Assembly: GCA_964016885.1 (NCBI GenBank)
Contig: OZ024741.1
Coordinates: 175,398,001-175,462,000, forward strand
Length of the DNA: 64,000 bases
Direction of reading: 5' to 3'
Source of the DNA: Eledone cirrhosa
Taxonomy: Eukaryota
In this document: piece after piece, positions 54,742-64,000 of the stretch
How the letters are laid out: every line of letters starts with the position of its first letter
Position numbering within the stretch: position 1 is the first letter of the stretch
Made by a program: the position numbers and the translations under genes
The notes under the pieces: model-generated
What the model saw: the letters and a program-made list of their open reading frames with translations, nothing else
The model's database searches: none
What the model was told of the DNA's origin: nothing

Positions 54742-55566
54742 TGTGCTTGTTCTTCAGAAAAAAGTGTTCACATAGTAGCCTTATAACACTGCAAGCTTGT
54801 ACCACATTCATGTGTGTGTCCCCTCTCTATACATTGAATGATATTTCTTTGAAATGTTTTGATTAGGTAGAGGGAGATAATATTTTCGAAGTTCTTGGTC
54901 ATTTTCTATTATTGGACTTGTTAGCATTGACAATGAGGTCTACATTATAGATTTTATCTGCGAACCACTTTTCTATGCTGCATCGAGTTTGCTGCTTGAA
55001 ATTCTCAACAAGGTCGTCACGATACATGTGTCAGTGCTGAAGCGGATTAAGTGGTTTATAACATTTTAAGAGCATGTTAAAAGTAACGCTTGGGCACGTA
55101 GCTTCTTGAGATATAAAAGCTTCTAACAACGTTGCACCACACTTCATTCTTCAGCAAATTCAATTTTGTTTATGCGAAGCTTTGGTTTCACTTTGTATTC
55201 ACAACCCATATTTATATATGAGAACTTTTCAAACAGTGTTCTTTATTGTTGCTGTTGCTGAACATAACGCACGCACACACACACACGGCGGACAAGCGCA
55301 AATATATCTGAAATATATTTAAGGTATCTTTAAAAAATGCATATTTATTTTAACAAGTATGCATTGATTTATTTTCATATGCCCCTTCGTATATTACATA
55401 TAGCTCTTGAGAGGCTGTAATTCGATAATATATATTCAACCCTATCGTTTAATTTAATAAACTTTGAGCCAAATATAATTCTCGTTGCGTTTGAATTATG
55501 TTGTAATAAAATTAAGCCCCTTCAAGTAGAACACTCTATTTAACAATGAACGTTTACGATGAAATA

Positions 55567-56015
55567 TGTAGGAAAACTACTTATGCCTGTTTTTCAAAAA
55601 TATAGCCATCCCTCGGAAAAATCATATTTCAAATTGCGAAGATTTCCTTAGAAAATTAAGTTAGAACGTCCTCTGCTTTGATAAAAATAATAAAGAGAAC
55701 GTTCTAATCGCAAATTTATCTTTACGATTGGTAAAATATCTTCTTAAACCTTTCGAAAATGATCTACAAATTATATTTAAAAAAAAACCCACATTACATT
55801 TAACAAAGTAATTTCAGAAATGCTTAAATCAAAATTTAACTTATTCAGTAAAACTAAAATTTAACTAAAATTTAACTAAAATTTAATTTATGTAGGAAAA
55901 CTACTTATGCCTGTTTTTCAAAAATATAGCCATACCTCGGAAAAATCATATTTGAAATTACTAAGTAATTTCAGAAATGCTTAAATCAAAATTTAACTTA
56001 CTCAGTAAAACTAAA
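55567..56015. repeat. Local direct duplication with internal deletion
   Basis: atgtaggaaaactacttatgcctg.. at ~55566 and ~55890; aagtaatttcagaaatgc.. at ~55806 and ~55963. Confidence 0.75.
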
Positions 56016-56666
56016 GCATTTTAGTTCAATCTGATACACTAAAAAAACATCTCCCAGAAATTACTTATCAAGACCACCACAGCTCCTGTATTCACATCAT
56101 CACCAATACAAAAGAAAGTATACTTAAGTACATTAAACATCAATGCAGAAATTTAGATAGGAACTGTAACTTGTTCCTTGTGTTTACAGATGAATAGAAA
56201 TGTTCCCTTTTCTGTTAATGTGAATGAATGCATGTACTGGTTAGAAGGGATTTTGAAAAATTTTCAAGTGATTAATGCGCAATTCCTTTTGAAACCGTTT
56301 AGAAGTTGTATAATGCTCGAGAAATTATTGATTTGGAAGGACAGGATCCCATATTTTATAAAACTACAAACTGGCTCTAGTAGTAAGCGTTCCGTAGTTG
56401 TACGTTCTCAGAATACATAAGTAGGTTTGCATAAATAACCATAGTTATCTGATTAGATTTTACACTAACGATTTTCGGTATGAGTAGCTTTTCAGAATTT
56501 CATTTTGAAGGTTACATTTGGGCTGTGTGTATTTTGTTTTACACGTATCGTTATGTGTCGATTACATTTGCCTTGGTGTTGAGTATTTTTTATAGATGTC
56601 ATCATATGTTCCGTACGCCCTCCCTCTCTCATGCTCTCATTCCGCCCCTCTCTCTCTGTATATATT

Positions 56667-56751
<85 letters not shown>

Positions 56752-56759
56752 ATATATAT

Positions 56760-56956
56760 AGGAACAAGTATGACCCCGACGGCAGAGCTCAAGCCGTTTC
56801 GACGGCTAATTCTGTCCAGAAATAGCCGATAGCCGTCGAAACGGCTTGAGCTCTGCCGTCGGGGCCATACTTGTTCCTATTACCCACTCTACTACCCTAA
56901 GTATTGAGTACTTTGGTGCGTTATGATCCATCTGGTTCCTTACTACAATTCCTTCG

Positions 56957-56958
<2 letters not shown>
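56760..56958. mobile_element. Family D fold-back copy
   Basis: 56760-56808 is inverted at 56830-56880, followed by a ~78 bp tail. Confidence 0.8.
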
Positions 56959-56997
<39 letters not shown>

Positions 56998-57003
<6 letters not shown>

Positions 57004-57698
57004 TAAGTTTGAAGAACAGTCAGACAAAATATATCCAATTCTTTTCCTCCTTAGTCCGTAGAAATCAACTAGATAAATAATCATTTAAACGGAGCTAAGT
57101 TTAAAATGTAACTTTGAAGAAATAACAGATAAATGTTACAGACTTTCCTCTGTGAGGAACAGTCAGATAAAATGTACCTAGCCTTTCCTCTTAGTCCGTA
57201 GAAATTAACTAGATAAATTAAATGTAGCTAAGACTAAAACGTAAGTTTGAAGAAAAAAATGTAGATAAACTTTACCAAAATTCTTCTAGTCCCGATTATC
57301 GATAGTTTCGCTCGTACTTCGTGGATATGTCCAATCCTGGTATTATCCATGAGGCTTCGAGCTTTTCAAGAGACTCCCTTAGTTAGGACTAAAGTTTCTA
57401 AAGTGATCGCCGCCATTAACGAATTCAAAAGGGGTGAAAAACATCACGTGGCTTGCGTTCAAAGTAGAAGAGTTGTGAAGGGTAGGCCGGGTGGCTAGTA
57501 GGTTCATTGCTAGAAAAAGCAGTAAGGGAGTATAGAATAAATTCATAAGGACATATATGTATATATTTAGACATAATCGCAGATACATATATGAGTGTTG
57601 GCTACCTTCAAAGGTGTGGCTCTATGAAAAAATGAATTAAGCAAATAATTATTAATCAGAGCTATATAAAATTATAAGTTTGAAGAACAGTCAGACAA
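56998..57698 (-). mobile_element. HHR element family P: 671 bp period with ~30 bp terminal direct repeat
   Basis: aattataagtttgaagaacagtcagacaa at both ends; (TA)n flanks; internal diverged ~145 bp repeat. Confidence 0.75.
57288..57375 (-). ncRNA. Hammerhead ribozyme, family P (U3-A8 core, long stem II)
   Basis: Reverse complement agtctc TTGAAAA gctcg..tggata..tatcca..cgagc GAAA CTATCGATAA TC gggact. Confidence 0.8.
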
Positions 57699-57759
57699 TA
57701 TATATATATATATATATGTTATTTGTTGGAACTGGCATGTGGATAGGATCCATTTATAT

Positions 57760-58110
57760 TCCTGGTGGTCTTTGACTACAACGTATCTTTAGAACGCTGG
57801 CAGATCTTCAACCGAATTTAAGCACTGGAAGTTCCAAAACTTCTTTAAAATTTAAGTCTTGCTGTTCCCAACACGACTGTCTTTTGTTGTGTGATTTTAC
57901 TTCTATTTCGAGTTTCCCAAGCCAATCCCATAATTTCCTTGACATCGTTCCAAGGGCTCCGACTATTACAGACACTATTTCTACTCCTTTCATTTGCATA
58001 ATATGGCAACTTTCCATTTGAGAGCCCCATACTTGTTTATTTTCATCCCCTCTTTTTGATCTACAATATCTATTATAATACAATATTTGGTTTTCTTGAT
58101 GACCTCATAA
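57760..58110 (-). pseudogene. R4/Dong endonuclease 3' fragment
   Basis: CIIIDI..KINKY..LKW, VEIVSVIVGALG, QKTVVLGTAR. Confidence 0.7.
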
Positions 58111-58134
58111 AATCCCACATTATCATTATTATTA

Positions 58135-58648
58135 TAACGGCGGTGGATTAGCAGTATCGGTAGAGGGTCGGATGCCAAGCTCTGTAGCATAGAGTTACGT
58201 CCCTTTACGTTCTGAGTTCAAATCCCATCGAGGCTAGCTTTGCCTTTCATCCTTACGGGGTTGATAACATAAAAAGTACCAGTCACGCACTGTGGTCGAT
58301 TTAATCGACTTTCCTCTCCCCCAAAATTACTGGACTTGTAGCCAAATCAGAAATATTATTATTATTATTGTTAGTATATATATATTATTATTGTTATTAT
58401 GTATATATTATTGTTAGTATATATATATTATATTGTTAGTATATATATATTATTATTATTATTAGTATCGGTAGAGGGTCGGACACCATGCTTTGACGCA
58501 TAGTTACGGTCCTTGCCATTCTGAGTTCAAATCCCGCCGAGGTTAACTTTGCCTTTCATCCTTACGGGGTCGATAAAATAAAGTACCAGTAATCTACTGG
58601 CTAATTGCTGGCCTTGTGCCAATAGTAGAACAATTATTATTATTATTG
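58135..58648 (+). mobile_element. Two tandem Deu/Nin-type SINEs (58135-58370, 58463-58648)
   Basis: B boxes, core and (ATT)n tails. Confidence 0.8.
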
Positions 58649-58983
58649 TTCTTTGCATTATGGGAAGTACTCTAGCTGCCGCCAGTCGAATTTCCAGCCA
58701 TCAAAATGTGCTTGTTGGCATCCAAAAATATTATTTTGGTTAATGTTACTTGTTTTTCGTGTTGTGCAGAGAATATCGAAGAATGCAATGGAAGGCTTTT
58801 ACTGCTGATGCCATTTGGAATTAAAATGGTGCGTGATTGGAATTACGATGATTAGATAGATTTTTCAGTGATTCAACAAATAAATAAATAAACAATAAAT
58901 GAATAACAACATACTGAGAAAAGGTGGAGGAGTCTGAACAGGCTGGTCATGTGGTGTATTATATAACGTAATGGTCGTTTACT

Positions 58984-60045
<1,062 letters not shown>

Positions 60046-60046
60046 T

Positions 60047-60163
<117 letters not shown>

Positions 60164-60175
60164 ATATATATATAA

Positions 60176-60212
<37 letters not shown>

Positions 60213-60388
60213 TATGTTTCTACTCATATACAAATAAATTTTTCTATATATATTTTTAGATAGATTTTTCCAGTGATTCAACAAATAAATAAATAAATAA
60301 TAAATGAATAACAACATACTGAGAAAAGGTGAAGGAGGTTGAACAGGCTGGTCATGTGGTGTATTATATAACGTAATGGTCGTTTACT

Positions 60389-60495
<107 letters not shown>

Positions 60496-60501
60496 TATAT
60501 A

Positions 60502-60654
60502 TAGCGGCGATGAATTAGTTTTGCGAGGTTTTTTATATGAAATCGTGTGTCGAAACAGATATTGTTATATTTGGGGAGGGTCATATTTGCGTAATATTGC
60601 CAGAATTAATAACAGAAACACACTCACTGTTTGGGGAGTAGAAACATATATATG

Positions 60655-60722
<68 letters not shown>

Positions 60723-61209
60723 AGTAAACGACCATTACGTTATATAATACACCACATGACCAGCCTGTTCAACCTCCTTCACCTTTTCTCAGTATGTTGT
60801 TATTCTCATTTATTATTTATTTATTTATTTGTTGAATCACTGGAAAAAATCTATCTAAAAATATAATATAATAACAGAACACACTCACTGAACAAAAAAA
60901 AAAATGGCGTAGACATACAACACAACAGGAGGGAACAATGAATATAACACCACTGACGATGTTGCAGATGTGCAACGAAAGATTTATGTAAATTATGTAA
61001 ACTATATATATGTGTTTGTGTCTATATTTTATCTGTATTATTTTTGACAGCCGGTCAGTCAATGGCAACATTGAGGGACCAAGTAAGTTAGATCGCAGAT
61101 ATATATATATAAAAGACAGCGAGAAGCGAAAACCAACCAAACAGTGAGTGTGTTCTGTTATTAATTCTTGGCAATATTACGCAAATATGACCCTCGCCCA
61201 AATATAACA

Positions 61210-61210
<1 letters not shown>
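60502..61210. mobile_element. Family G-related fold-back (G2) interrupted by an inverted family L module; hammerhead at 60951-60989 (+)
   Basis: Terminus gaaatcgtgtgtcgaaacagatattgttatatttggggagggtcat resembles G; CTGACGA t gttgca gatg tgcaac GAAA GATT TA. Confidence 0.7.

Positions 61211-64000
<2,790 letters not shown>

Overview
AT-rich, microsatellite-saturated eukaryotic non-coding DNA. The Deu/Nin-type tRNA-SINEs, the (CAT)n-tailed repeat and the (TA)n/(CA)n load suggest a cephalopod (Octopus-like) genome; this is inference. I can support no host exon. Most listed ORFs are microsatellite read-throughs (IYIY, SLSL, CVCV). The real coding traces are all decayed transposons: a near full-length L1/Tx1-type LINE (13239-19051, -), three stacked R4/Dong LINE 3' fragments, a Penelope-like element (PLE; RT plus GIY-YIG, 41346-43510, -), RTE, CRE and PLE scraps, two Tc1/mariner relics, a hAT end and a hATm-like TIR element. 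The main unannotated signal lies in the short islands between (TA)n tracts. Most of them carry a type I hammerhead ribozyme (HHR) fold, read by eye: about 14 sequence families, mostly unrelated, and over 20 full, truncated or decayed copies. Many have family-specific palindromic stem III. They occur as 430-770 nt tandem or terminally redundant units and as asymmetric fold-backs whose inverted arm stops at an AT microhomology. One family is the 3' end of the coding PLE. This points to a diverse (TA)n-targeted PLE/retrozyme system, possibly making circular RNAs. All folds and alignments are manual and coordinates may be off by a few bases.
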